Source of the DNA: Pocillopora damicornis
Taxonomy: Eukaryota
DNA length: 64,000 nt
NCBI RefSeq assembly: GCF_003704095.1
Contig: NW_020845065.1
Location: 186,001 to 250,000, forward strand
Direction of reading: 5' to 3'
Both the position numbers and the translations under genes were made by a program. Numbering within the stretch: the first letter of the stretch is position 1; every line of letters begins with the position of its first letter. A model generated the notes under the pieces. That model was not told the DNA's origin, made no database searches, and saw only the letters and a list, made by a program, of their open reading frames with translations. This document shows positions 1 to 11,800 of the stretch, piece after piece.

Positions 1-760
1 ATTTGGTTGTATTGTATCTATCTTTTTTCTCTTATTTTTGACACGGGAGGATAATAATTATCTCAAACCAGAAACCGGAGGCTTACCACTTCGGAAGGCG
101 CTCCAAGGTATTAATAATTGTCATGACTGTTACTGACCCCCGAACAAGTCACCCGCACGTTGTCTCCTCATCTCAGTGTTATTTCGAACGTAATAAACAG
201 CTACCAAACTTGACACCTTCTGATTCTATTACTTCTTGACTCTCAAATGATCTCAATCGTCAAGGGAATGTTATTTTTGGAAGATAAATATTGTCGTGCT
301 GCCAAAATTAAATTATGGACTTGAGACTGAGTGATACCTGCGGAGTGCGGCAAATCCACGAATATCACGAGAGTCAGTAAAAGCTCTCAGTTTATCTCTA
401 GACTTCATCGTGGTCTGATTCATTTCGTAAGAGACCCATGAAAATCCAGTTACTTTCCGCCACAAATTTAATCATCTTGCATATCATAATACACTAACTT
501 TGAGCGAACTTCAAACTCAGTGACGCTATCATGACTGCCTCTGAGAATTCAAGCAGACCACACTCTCAGATGAGATTCAGATCAGTGTTTCAAGTGAAGG
601 GCCTCTCTGGTGCGTACGAGCAGTAATTCATCGTAAAATGGCACGGCATAGTTACTAGCTAATTATTGAACAAAGCATCGGTTAACACTCGTGCACTGCA
701 CCGCAATTACCAAAATTATTTTTGGAATCTTTAAAGAATTGAACGAGTTCAAATACTTAC

Positions 761-844
761 TGTATTCTCCCTTCGCCTTCGGCTTTGTCTTCGACGTTTG
801 ACGACCGTTTCTCCGGCGCGAAGCACTTCAGTCAAATCCTCCAT
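761..844 (-). CDS. Probable first coding exon of an unidentified gene running off the left edge (MEDLTEVLRAGETVVKRRRQSRRRRENT)
   Basis: Strong Kozak context (GACGCCATGG on minus), 28 open codons ending at a perfect GTAAGT donor (phase 0), and a basic NLS-like run. A second GTAAGC donor lies at ~86. No family recognised. Confidence 0.5.
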
Positions 845-3431
845 GGCGTCGAGTCAAGTTTATTAGATCTGGCTGTAAGTTATTCAGTAGTTAATGGCAT
901 TATCGATTATTCAACCGGTAACAAAGACGGTGGTTCTTCGCAAATAATGTCGTTATGCAAAAACTGGCACCCAAGGAAATGTCTGTTTACAGAGCATGTT
1001 ATGTGATATGAACTTTCAACAATGTTGTTTCTTACATGGCTCTACATGTACAGTATAACGATATATTGTTATGTCCTTTGCCCCGGCATGTATCTGGTGT
1101 GGAATAAGTGATCTCGCTGATCGAATTAAGATCGGTTCAGGTCGGAACAACTCGGATCTCTTCGGATCAACTTAGGTTGAACGAGATTGGATAACGATGT
1201 GATAAGCCACCTTTTCGCTCAATAAGTCCCTGTCAATGGTTTGTTAAACAGCCATATTTTCAGAGCCTGGTCCTCTTTAAAGATTTTATACGGTGTCCCT
1301 GCAAAACACTCGGAGAAGGACTGAGGCTGCATTGAGGACGACAACTCAGATAGTGCTCTGTTTTGAGAATATAACCCTCCTGTTTTAATCTTTTACCAGC
1401 CTGACTGACTCCTGTCTTATCTTTGGTATGATGAAGCCACTGACCCAATGAGGAACTCTCTATAGTCGGTTCTCAGTATTAGGCTGAACCACCTTTACCT
1501 AGACCCCTGAGGGGGGAGGGTATGGGAAGTGCCAAGCCGTTCCAGCGGATTATAAGTGTTATATCTTTAACCATGGAGGAATATAATGTAAATAGTTCAC
1601 TTTCAAGAGCGAATGGCTTGAACCTGGTCAATGTGTAGAAAGTCACGGTCACCGATTTTGCGTCTTACAAAAAAATTGGGAGGGGCATTTGAACACAATT
1701 TGAAGGAACCAACCTTCAAAAGTTCCAATGCCCGAAGGGTTGCCCTACACGTTTAGGGTTTAAATAAAAACCCAGCACATGAGATTTTGAGGTGACAATT
1801 TATTTTTGTCTAAAACTATTCATCACCAAAGTGATCTATTTCATCAATTTTTTTGTAAATCGTTTAATCCAGGACTAGTTTTTCTTCTAATCAAGTGTTC
1901 AATAACCCAATATGCTGTGGAGTACAAGCATATGACAATGAACTCAGTAGCTTCCAACTAGTACTCAAAACTCCAGTCTCATCAAACTTTCTGCTATTTG
2001 TTTCAAAATTCCTGCCTGATCGCAAGAATTGAGTGAACAGTATATTACTACTCTGATAATTTTTACTTTCATGATCTACATCAGTCTTGTCAGAGAATAA
2101 GGAGAACAGGATGAGTGTTGTTGTGTTGTTAAGTAAGGAAAGGAAACAAAGAAATTGGACATGCTTAACTGATAACTCTAGCAACTAAGTTTAATACAAA
2201 ATAGTTCTTGGATACCATCAGCATTCAAATAGTAAAATATTTTGGTTAAGAATTAAATGTAACAAGAAATATCTGTCATCAAAATATTACAAAGCCCAAA
2301 GATGTCTCTAACCCAAACTACCATTAATTTTTCCTGGAGCACCTTATTGACAGTTACATATTCCCTTGAGAATATATAAAGAGAACTTTCCCATAACAAA
2401 TATGAACTTGGAGTAAACTACTTTTTAAGATTCTGTATATCTGAACCATAGGAGATTCATGGAACACATGTGCCTCAACCTTTAGAGTGGATCTTTTCCA
2501 AGCTCCGCAGGACTATGCGAAATATTTTGATGACTAATTGTTAAGAACTGTATAAGCAATTGGAAACTGACACATGTAAATAATTGCACTACAGGCTTTG
2601 TCAAAGGAAATGATGTTTTTTTTATTTTTCTTTCTTTTTTTTAAGGAAGATCAAAAGAATGATTTTTTTTTAATCATTCAGCTCAACAAAGACAGAAAGA
2701 TACCTATGCAACCTTGTGGTAACTACCTAGAGAGGCTGACAGATGGATGAATAGAAGTGATTTGAGAGATAAAACTTAACTCCATCCAAGTGGATCATTT
2801 AAAGAGGCTCTCCAAAGGTTTTGTGGATGCCTCTACATTGTAAAAAGCCTAGTACAAGCATAAAGCCAGATGATCTTGCTGCCTTAATGCTTGCACTTAA
2901 TCTGCAAAGTAAATGTCCATTCATCTCACAGTGCCTCTGTAAACGTTCAAATGGAATGGGAACAACATGCAATTTTCTCTTCTCGCACTTTTAGCAGCAC
3001 TCAGTTGGACAAGGAAGTAAGAATGTGTACATACAAAATGGTATAATCATCAAAGGACAACAGGAAAAATTAATCAGGGTCACCCAAAGGAGCCTGCTAA
3101 GTTTGTATACATAAACAGTTATGGAAATACTTCCAGCTAACCATTAACATTGTGAGCAAATAAACTGCTGAGGTCCTACTAATGATCATTCATTACATAT
3201 AAAGCACACCAGTATGAGGAACAACAAAGCCCCCTTGTAAAGGCTCAGGTCTGGTTCAACTTGTGTAGCATAAGAACAACATCAGTGTCTTCATCTTCAG
3301 CTATCACAGTTTTTGTGTTCATGAGGCAACAGCTTTTCAAGATGATTTTTTTAATAAATTTGATGGAGTTAATATCTTTTCTGTACAGACTGAAAGAAGC
3401 ATGATTTCTTCAAGCAGCAATGTTTCAAGAA

Positions 3432-6400
3432 CTAGATGGTTGACCTCTTCTCAGCAAAAAATCGCCTTAAAATGACTACTTGACAGATTCCAACAGAAAG
3501 AATTAGGCAAGCTTCTCCAACAGACCACCACTGTATCCTTTCATTTAAATACTCAGCCATGTCCCGTCCTTGAGACTCACGTAAACGATGGTGGGTTTGG
3601 TAGTCTGTTGCAATCTGAATGAGAAATATTAAATAAAAGCTCATTACACCTGCTTTTGTTTATTCTAATTATCCTTTTACGTTTTTTATCAGTCATTTGA
3701 TTGGTGTCCTTATTTAGTGGGTAACCACCATATTTATTGACGCAGTAATAAAGTTATCATCATTATTATAGCAACTAGTTTACACGAGTAAATCAAGTTA
3801 TTCACAGACAGAGCACACATCATTTCAAATATATTGTTGGAAAATGTTTTGAATAGACAAATGAGAGTCTCCCACCAGAGGCCACATGAGAAATGACTAA
3901 TCATTGCAAGTTAGTTGCAACTGATGAAAAGTAATTGCAGAATTAAAACCAGGAAAAATAAAAGGCCTGGGTATAAAATTTGTGCCTCCCAAATGTGAGT
4001 TGGTTTTTTTAATTACATACATCAATTGTCATATCCATTCTAAGAGCAAGTTATTTTTCAGCTCACTTCATCCATGAAAACCCATGTTTTAAAGTTAAGC
4101 TTCTTTTTGCTTGAAATCATGGACACTTCAGGTGATTCCTCAGAAAAAAAAAGTTATCAAACAATTTTTCTTAAAACTTTCCCTAACTGTTCCCTTCCAA
4201 TGTCTGATTTGAAAAATATTATAAAAAGATACATCAAGTCGTGCTTTTTTAAGAGATACGATGAGCCAAACTCACCCCATATAAGCCTGTACTGGCACTA
4301 GTAACACACGTTATACATGTACATGTATGGTAGCAGGAGGCAAGGGTTTTTAAAGTAACACTTGAAGAAACTTTATGGGCAGAAAGTACTGAGGGAATGG
4401 AACAATTTGAATGATAACTTGTGCCAAAATCACACAATTTTAACCCTTTGACCCTTCAGAGTGACTAACATCTAATTTCTCCTCACAATATCTCTCCTGA
4501 ATCACACATGAAAAGGTCACGGGAATAAAGGAAATGATCATCAACTAAAAAAGCTCTTGATTGTTAAACAAATTCTCCTTGCCAGTACCTTAGGAAATGT
4601 ATAAAGAACAGTATAGAGAATATGCATACTGATGAACATTAGGGTGTAAAGGGTTGAAAAACTTCAACTACAAATGTTCCTCCAATCATTACTTTCAAAG
4701 TCATTGTTTCCATCCTCAAGTAACAGGCTTCTAGTATGCTTTTCTCTATATCTTTTTTCTTCCAATTTTTTTAAAAACTTCTCCAATCTTCAGAGGATAA
4801 CCCGTACACCAAAATTATGCAATAAAAAATATAGGTCACATTGCCTGTGCAAGAACTAAAGACCATGGTACCTCTTTAACTGGTCCATTGATTGAAAAAA
4901 CAATGCCATGTTCTCTGAATGCCTGTGCACTTATTCCCCTGATTACATGATTTTTTATGCCCAGTAGAGGATGCACAGTGCACTACTGAGGAATCACCTT
5001 TAGGAAAGCTAAGTAACAAACAATTTGCCCCTGTCCTTCTTAATCTTTTACATCCTAACATTAATATTCACACTCTACACACTGTTCTCTTTACATTTCC
5101 TCTGATACCAACAAGGAGAATTTGTTTGACAATCAGCAGCTTCCTAAATTGGTGATCATTTCCCTATTCTTATGGCATTCACATAGGATTTGAGGGTAAT
5201 AATGTAGGGAGAAATTACGTGCCAGTCACTCTGAGGTGTTAAAGGGTTAAAGGCAAGGTGTACACAGTACATTTGGCTTAAAGTTGTACAAATCGCATAG
5301 CATGAGCTGCATGTCAACAACTATGAAGATTCTGCTAAACAGGACCAACCTTAAGGTCTTCGTGTATGGTTACACATGCTGTCTCCATCTGTGTGAGTGC
5401 TGTTTGATGTGCTCCCATGTCTTTAGTTAAAGGCATTTCATCTCCAGCTTGGAAATCAAAGTAAACCACCTTGTGACTAAATGTAGAAAATTCATTGCTG
5501 AAGCAGAACTTGTAAATTCCATCAGTCTGAGCTGTGAAAGAATGGCTGTCATACTGTTTCTTTTGGACGTTGTAAACTTCGTTACCATTTTCATCATAAA
5601 GAATTACATCTACATCATAGTTTCCACCACTTATGACCTGAAGAGAAAACCACATTATTTAGAAATTCTACTTCTGCTTTGGTTTCTGGACATTTTTGAA
5701 AGGACAGCTTTTTAAATAAGGTAATACAGATACACCCATCAATGGAAAGATAAGACAAAATATGTGCAATGCTGGATAAATACCACAGTGACACACTTGC
5801 AAGATCAACCTGATCAATGTTCTCCCTAAAACAAGAAAGGGTTAGCATTTTTTATGACAGATCTTTACTTATGGAAACCCAGGAGGGGTAGCCACAGTAG
5901 TTGTACTTAGTTAATTAACTTTAGCTTTCTCTAAATGACTGCATACCTTTGGTTTTAGACAAATTGTAAACTCTTGTAAGTCCATTAACACACTAGATCC
6001 TTAGATAAATGTCCTCACAGCTTTACAGCTTTAACAGTTATCATTTTGAAATATAGGATTTGATTAATGAAATAAAGGATTTAATTGATTGTACTGGGTA
6101 TGATTTTTTTCTCATCTCCGTTAGCAGTGCTCAAAAATAGTGGTCATCTGGTCATCAGAAACAACTAAAAAAACAGTCCAGACGACCATTTTTCTGTAAA
6201 ATTAAAGGCCTGGTTGTCTGAGGAAAATAACACCAGACAAATCAGGGGAAATTAAGATACTTTCCCTTACAGTGAAGTCTAACCCAATAACAAAATAAAG
6301 GTATGTGAAAGACTTATATCTGGTGATATTGTTTGTTAGTTAGCAAACTGCCATGTTTACAAACCCAGGCCTCCCCAAAATATTATGGCAAGCAGGTAAT

Positions 6401-8388
6401 CATTCTTTTCTGAGGCATTGTGGGAGAGCAGTTTGCAAGTTGTTGAATATACATTTGCAGGGAAAAAAATGTCAATTCATTCTGGCTGTCGGAGAATAGC
6501 AAGCCAGCTTTGACAAAAGCCATCAATGCTTAATTATAGGGTTTTAAACTAGGTTATTATTAAGGGGAAATATAACTATGTTTCAGAAAACAGGGGACCA
6601 TTTTGTCTGCTATTCCCTGCTGATTGTTTGTTGGTCGGTCTTTGTTGGACCCTTTTGGCTTTTTGCTGATGTAGCTGTATTTCTCTTTCGTGAATATGCA
6701 TGTGCTATACTTTCTGTTTCAAGGAAGTTCATTTACCAAGTGTTAAGTTGCTAACTTGAAAGCATGAACATCCTGCTTGAACAATGTTTCCAGGATGCGA
6801 TTTTGCACCACTTTGCAAAAATTATGTCAGGTAAAAGAAACCCTTTTGACCACAAAAGTTGTCAGCACTGTTGATTTGTTGATTTGTGCTAAGCACAGTC
6901 AAAAAGTATCTGAAAACTTGAAAGTTCAAAGTATTAAGAGTATTCATTACTGAACTGTGATTGCTGATCATTAAAACAGGATTTAATGGATAGTTACACT
7001 AACATTATGTGCAACAATTAGGTTTTTTTGATTTGTAAATTTATTATCTGAGCTAATGCATGACAGTTTGGAGACCTGTGGAAAGGTTGGGGTATCTAAA
7101 TATTGTATATGTGGAAGCTTAGATATCCTAGATAACCCTCCCTCCAAGCCAAAAAGACTGTTAGCCATTTTTTACCAGTATCAAATCAGGCTAAAATTGG
7201 CCCAGGATGGTGAAAAATTAGCCTTGTTTGCCAATTATTCCGCATATACATTTCAAGGCTAAGGAGGATGATGCAATGTGCCTAAAGCAACTTCCATTTT
7301 ATTAAAGAGGATATTTTTACATCAGCAACATGGCCATATTTGACAGAAGATAACTGCATTTGCTTTTAACATTAATTCAACCATAGAGGTGCCCCTAATC
7401 ACTTATTGCAATGGTGCCTTCAATAGGCTATTTGTAAACATATGTAGCATAAACTCTAAGTCAAAAGACCTCACAACAAGTGGTCTTTGTTGAAAATTGT
7501 TCCTGGTGACAGCACCTTGATATATGTAAGACAGTAATTGCAGATTTCAAATGTCTAATTTTGGAGGCTAAACTTAATAAAGAGGGTAAAGTTTCTTCTT
7601 AAAGTTCCTAAATACAATGAAATCTTGATTGTGCAATAATAAATTCTAAGTGCTGAGTATAAAATTTTTAAATAGATCAGTTTTAAGTCCTCTTTATCAT
7701 CTGCAGGTGTATAACAAAGAATAGTCAACAGTACCTCTTCGTTTCATGAGACAAAATTGTAATCCCAAGACTTGTGGAAAAATCTCCTAATAACATGGGG
7801 GCATTGACAAACCAATACCTATCATTTTTTCCCTTACAATCAAAGAACGTTTAAACAGCGAAATATTTTGCTATCAGTAGTATATGGGTTGAATATACCA
7901 GCGGTCAGTTGTACGCAATTAATAGTGATCAAATTAGGAGGTTTTTTTTGTAAGTGTACACTCCGAAAATTACACAACAAAGAGTACCGAACAAACATTT
8001 ATATTAGGAATCTAATATAAAGTAAAAGCCATATACCTTTGCCGGATCAAACATCAGCTGATTTATAGTAAGAGATTTTAAAGCTGATACAGTTATTTGT
8101 AGGCACATGTCTAATTATCTAAAGATGTTTCATATTACGTCGCAAAAAAAAAATTAGAAGCTCCTCAAGAATAGATGGATAATTACAAGAAATCTCAGTT
8201 CTCGTATCCTAGATAAATTGAACACTGACCTGAAACTCAAGCGTTCCTTTGGTATCTTTTTTGATGTCTTCATAGAAACATTGTCTAGCGTTGTCTTCCA
8301 ACTCAAAAGTCAACTCAGTACATTCAACTGGGATCGATGCTAAAAACGTAAAAACTAATCCAACTAAAACAGTACTCAACCAATTCAT
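3432..8388 (-). CDS. TMED7: p24/emp24 family cargo receptor, gamma subfamily (TMED7/TMED3-like), 209 aa, 3 exons
   Basis: Exons 8388-8230, 5637-5350 and 3614-3432, with phase-0 GT-AG introns. Signal peptide [23 protein letters not shown]; GOLD domain [18 protein letters not shown]...[11 protein letters not shown]...[23 protein letters not shown]; coiled coil [13 protein letters not shown]; TM segment; cytosolic tail [15 protein letters not shown]7 versus TMED3 cannot be resolved by eye. Confidence 0.93.
4440..4657 (+). mobile_element. piggyBac-like MITE (~210 bp), copy in TMED intron 2
   Basis: TTAA-CCCTTT...AAAGGG-TT(G)A termini. Internal sequence is shared with copies at 5040, 14247, 17400, 23494 and 47217. 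Confidence 0.7.
5040..5250 (-). mobile_element. piggyBac-like MITE, inverted copy
   Basis: Reverse complement of the 4440 element (AAGGAGAATTTGTTT, TGATCATTTCC, GGAGAAATTA); ends GTTAAAGGGTTAA. Confidence 0.7.
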
Positions 8389-8872
8389 GGTACGCTACTT
8401 TCACTATCAGCTCCTTGGCCAGATCAGCGGGGAAGCAAGTAATATAAATTGTTTTAACGCCGGTTTTATCCGACGCAGGATTTTTGTTTCGGTCAAAATG
8501 GCGCTGACTATACGTGGCATTAATGAAACGACCGTAGAGCCCTGTGGGAAGAAAAAGTTTCGGCGACACGTTCTACTCAGTGGCAGGCTCAGCGGCTATC
8601 TCCAAAGGAAAAAAAAAAAAAAAAAATTTCCTCTACCCCTCCCCTATAAGTCAGTTTTTGTAAATTTTACAATCCTCACGACTCCTCCCCTGTGGGACTT
8701 CTTTGTTATTAGTGTGTAGATACTGGCACTAGTAATAATTTTCGCGGGCAAATTCCCATGAGATATGAATTCATCTTCTGAGTTACAATCTATTCATTTC
8801 TTCGTTTTTTCTGGTTTATCATGAAGAAAATGCTTGGATCGAAGATTAAGCATCCTGATAGATAATTGAGGA
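8389..8872. promoter_or_regulatory. Bidirectional promoter region shared by TMED7-like and CEP152
   Basis: The two ATGs diverge with 484 bp between them. The stretch is locally CpG-richer and has a YY1-like CAAAATGGCG at 8494-8503. Confidence 0.6.
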
Positions 8873-11800
8873 ATGAGTGTTGGGATCAGCCAGGTGAATT
8901 TCGATGCTCAGGTATGCATTTGCAGTTTGACAGGTTGAAGTCAGAGTTGTGCTTGAAATCAACTTTGGCTGAGTCAATTTATCTCGAGACACAATGCACC
9001 GAAATACTGCTTGCTTTCGCTCTGCACATACCGCTTTTAGAAGCTATGATTTGAATCACTCGTCATCTCAGCAAAATATTTCTGGTTTAGCCATCGATAA
9101 TTTTGTTCCTTGCGGCTTTTTTACAATTCATTTGGATCAAATTTCACCTATAATTTTCGTGTTGTGTGTTTGAACCGACTCAATTTTTGTTTAATTATAT
9201 TGACAATACACAAGATTCTTTCTTCGTTCACTTGTAAAAGTGATACCTCAGTCAATTATTTTGGGTAAGGCAAGGGGTCTAGATCTAGCAAACAATGACA
9301 AAGATCTGGATGTTTATTGCCATTTCACACAAGAAGTTACTTTAGCGAATCTTTAGTGGGATAAAGGAGCGCGTTGATTCTTTGTGTTTTCGTGTGTCAA
9401 TGTTTGCTGATCACATCTGCCATGCATGCCAATTTTCCCATTTCGTTGAGACTGTGTTTTCGTCAAAAAGGTCTTTTAGCATCCAAAATGACCGTCGAAA
9501 TACACGGAATCTAGCAAAATTAAAAATATCAAACAAACCTCAGTTAATTAAGAATAGGAAGCTTGCGGTTTAATTGAATATACATGAACTTATTAACATC
9601 TCTCAGATCCAGGTATTGTGTAAAGCTTATTAAAAGTGGAAATGTTGGCAAAAAATTTAAAGACATCAAGAATGTATTTTCTCCTGTATGAGCCTGAATC
9701 AGGCAAAATGGCAATTCTTTAAAATACCTTTACCCCCTGCCTTCATTTTAAAAAGGTAGTTGATGTCATATCCTAAATTTCCCATGGACATCCTGTCTTG
9801 ATGAAGATTTTCTTGTAATCCACCACAATCAAACAGGAACACATAGATTTTTTGAAGTACCCTGCCAAATATACATCGATAGATATGTGACAATATGAAT
9901 TAGATTAAATTTCTGAAAGAAAGTTTCTTGAACTCGGCCAAACCTGGCAATGTATATGTCTGCATGCATTTTTTTTTTCTGGACAAATCATCTGGTCACT
10001 TTTTCTTTTTGTTGTTGGTTTGTTTTTTTTTTTTTTTTTCACACTGTGCAGTTTCCATTTGAAACTGTGAAATTAACACCCTTGAGTCTTGTCACTTTAG
10101 GGCATTTCTTGATATGAGTTTTAATCTTACTCAAAATGGAAATAACAAAGCAAAAGCACTCAAGGGTTTCCCATAAGTTCCTTGCTGTTAACAATATGAC
10201 ACCTTAAAGTGGACATGCAAAAAAGCAATTTTAAATAAGCCTACTTTAAAATTCCATTTTCCACGACTCAGAGTTTTTTACATAATTATAAATTCATGTG
10301 TTTAGAATTAAGCATAAAAAAATGAGTAGCCCTCTTAGGGTTAAAGCTGACAGGCAGTAAGATCAAAAAAATTTCAGAGATATGCATAGATATAGTTCAT
10401 ATCATCAGGCAAAAAAGGTTTCTTGACCATTTATAAACTTATCATCCACACCGATTTGTGATTAAGATGCAAAAAGAGAAAGATTAGGAACTCATTGTCA
10501 GTGCCTTTTTTTGTATGACAGGTGTTGGAAGATGAGGAAGAAGCAGCGTTGGAGAAAGAAGATCAAGAGAGAGAGCAAGAGGTACAATGAATTTCACCAA
10601 CTTTATAAAAAGAGATCATGTTATTGATGTTGTTTTATAATTTTCATAGGATTTCATTTTTTTTTTTGTACTTTCTTGGTGACAGAAAGAGTATGAGATT
10701 TATGCTAAAGCCGAAAAAAAGATATGAAGATGATAATGATCTTGGCATTAATGAACACTGCTTAAGCAGAAGTGAAAATAAGGCATGGAAAAAAATTCAG
10801 ACCTGTATAGGAGTTGAACCCACGACTTATGCAGTACCAATCACTCTCATCTTCATTTGTTTATCCACAGTTAAAGATATGATGTTCATAAATTCACAGC
10901 CTTTGTATTATAATGTAATAGGATTACATGCAGTCTTATTTTGAAATAATTGAATGAAAAAATTCTGACAACAGCCAAAATTTCTGTTGGAATATAGTTA
11001 GAAAAAATAACTATTAAGCATGATTTTTTTTGTACTGAAAGATCATAAGGAAGGATAAATGCTTTTTTTGTATGGTCTAGTTCCTTATATAATTAAACAT
11101 TCTGTACACTCTTAGATTTGGGTAAGTAAACATCCATACATTCCATACTTGGAACTGCTTAATTTAGTGTAAGTAGTTTTGTTTCTATTCATGTATTTTT
11201 GCATTTTATTATGTTATATTGCTAGCTTACTGTTCAATGCCAGGTTTTGTTTATCCTGTGTGGAAAGAGATTAGGTTATTAAGACCTACAGTAAAGTTCA
11301 AAAAGTAAACTTTGTCTTTATTCTACATCAAAGTTTAGCTAGTGTCTGATACAGTATGCTGCGTTTATTTTTCTTTCTATAAAGATTCGAGAGTTGTTAG
11401 ACCGTGAACTGGACGATGGACTTCTTGATGATGATAATGCATCGTTTTCATCACATGATCTTCGAAGTTCAGGATATAGTAGAGAAACTCCATTCTCAGA
11501 TGATTTTTCTGAACAAGTACCTCCAGCTATCTTTAATAGACAAGATTCAAAGACAATAATACCATCTGAAAATGGGGCATTTGAAAGACCACCTCTGATG
11601 ACACAGCGTGCATTTCATCTAATCAATGAATCAGGAAAAAGGAAAGGGTTAAATGCAAATGAAGCACAAGGACCTTACAATTATGACAATGGGTATCAAT
11701 TTGAGAATCAGTATGAAAATCAAGCATTTTATTATAGAGAGCAGGAAAGTCCTGATGATGAAGGCCATGATCAGTACAACAGAAAATATAATGGACATGA

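Noticed and set aside
8291-8719. 142-aa plus-strand ORF across the bidirectional promoter
   Set aside because: It overlaps TMED exon 1 in antisense, runs through a poly-A tract, has a non-ATG start and shows no recognisable domain.
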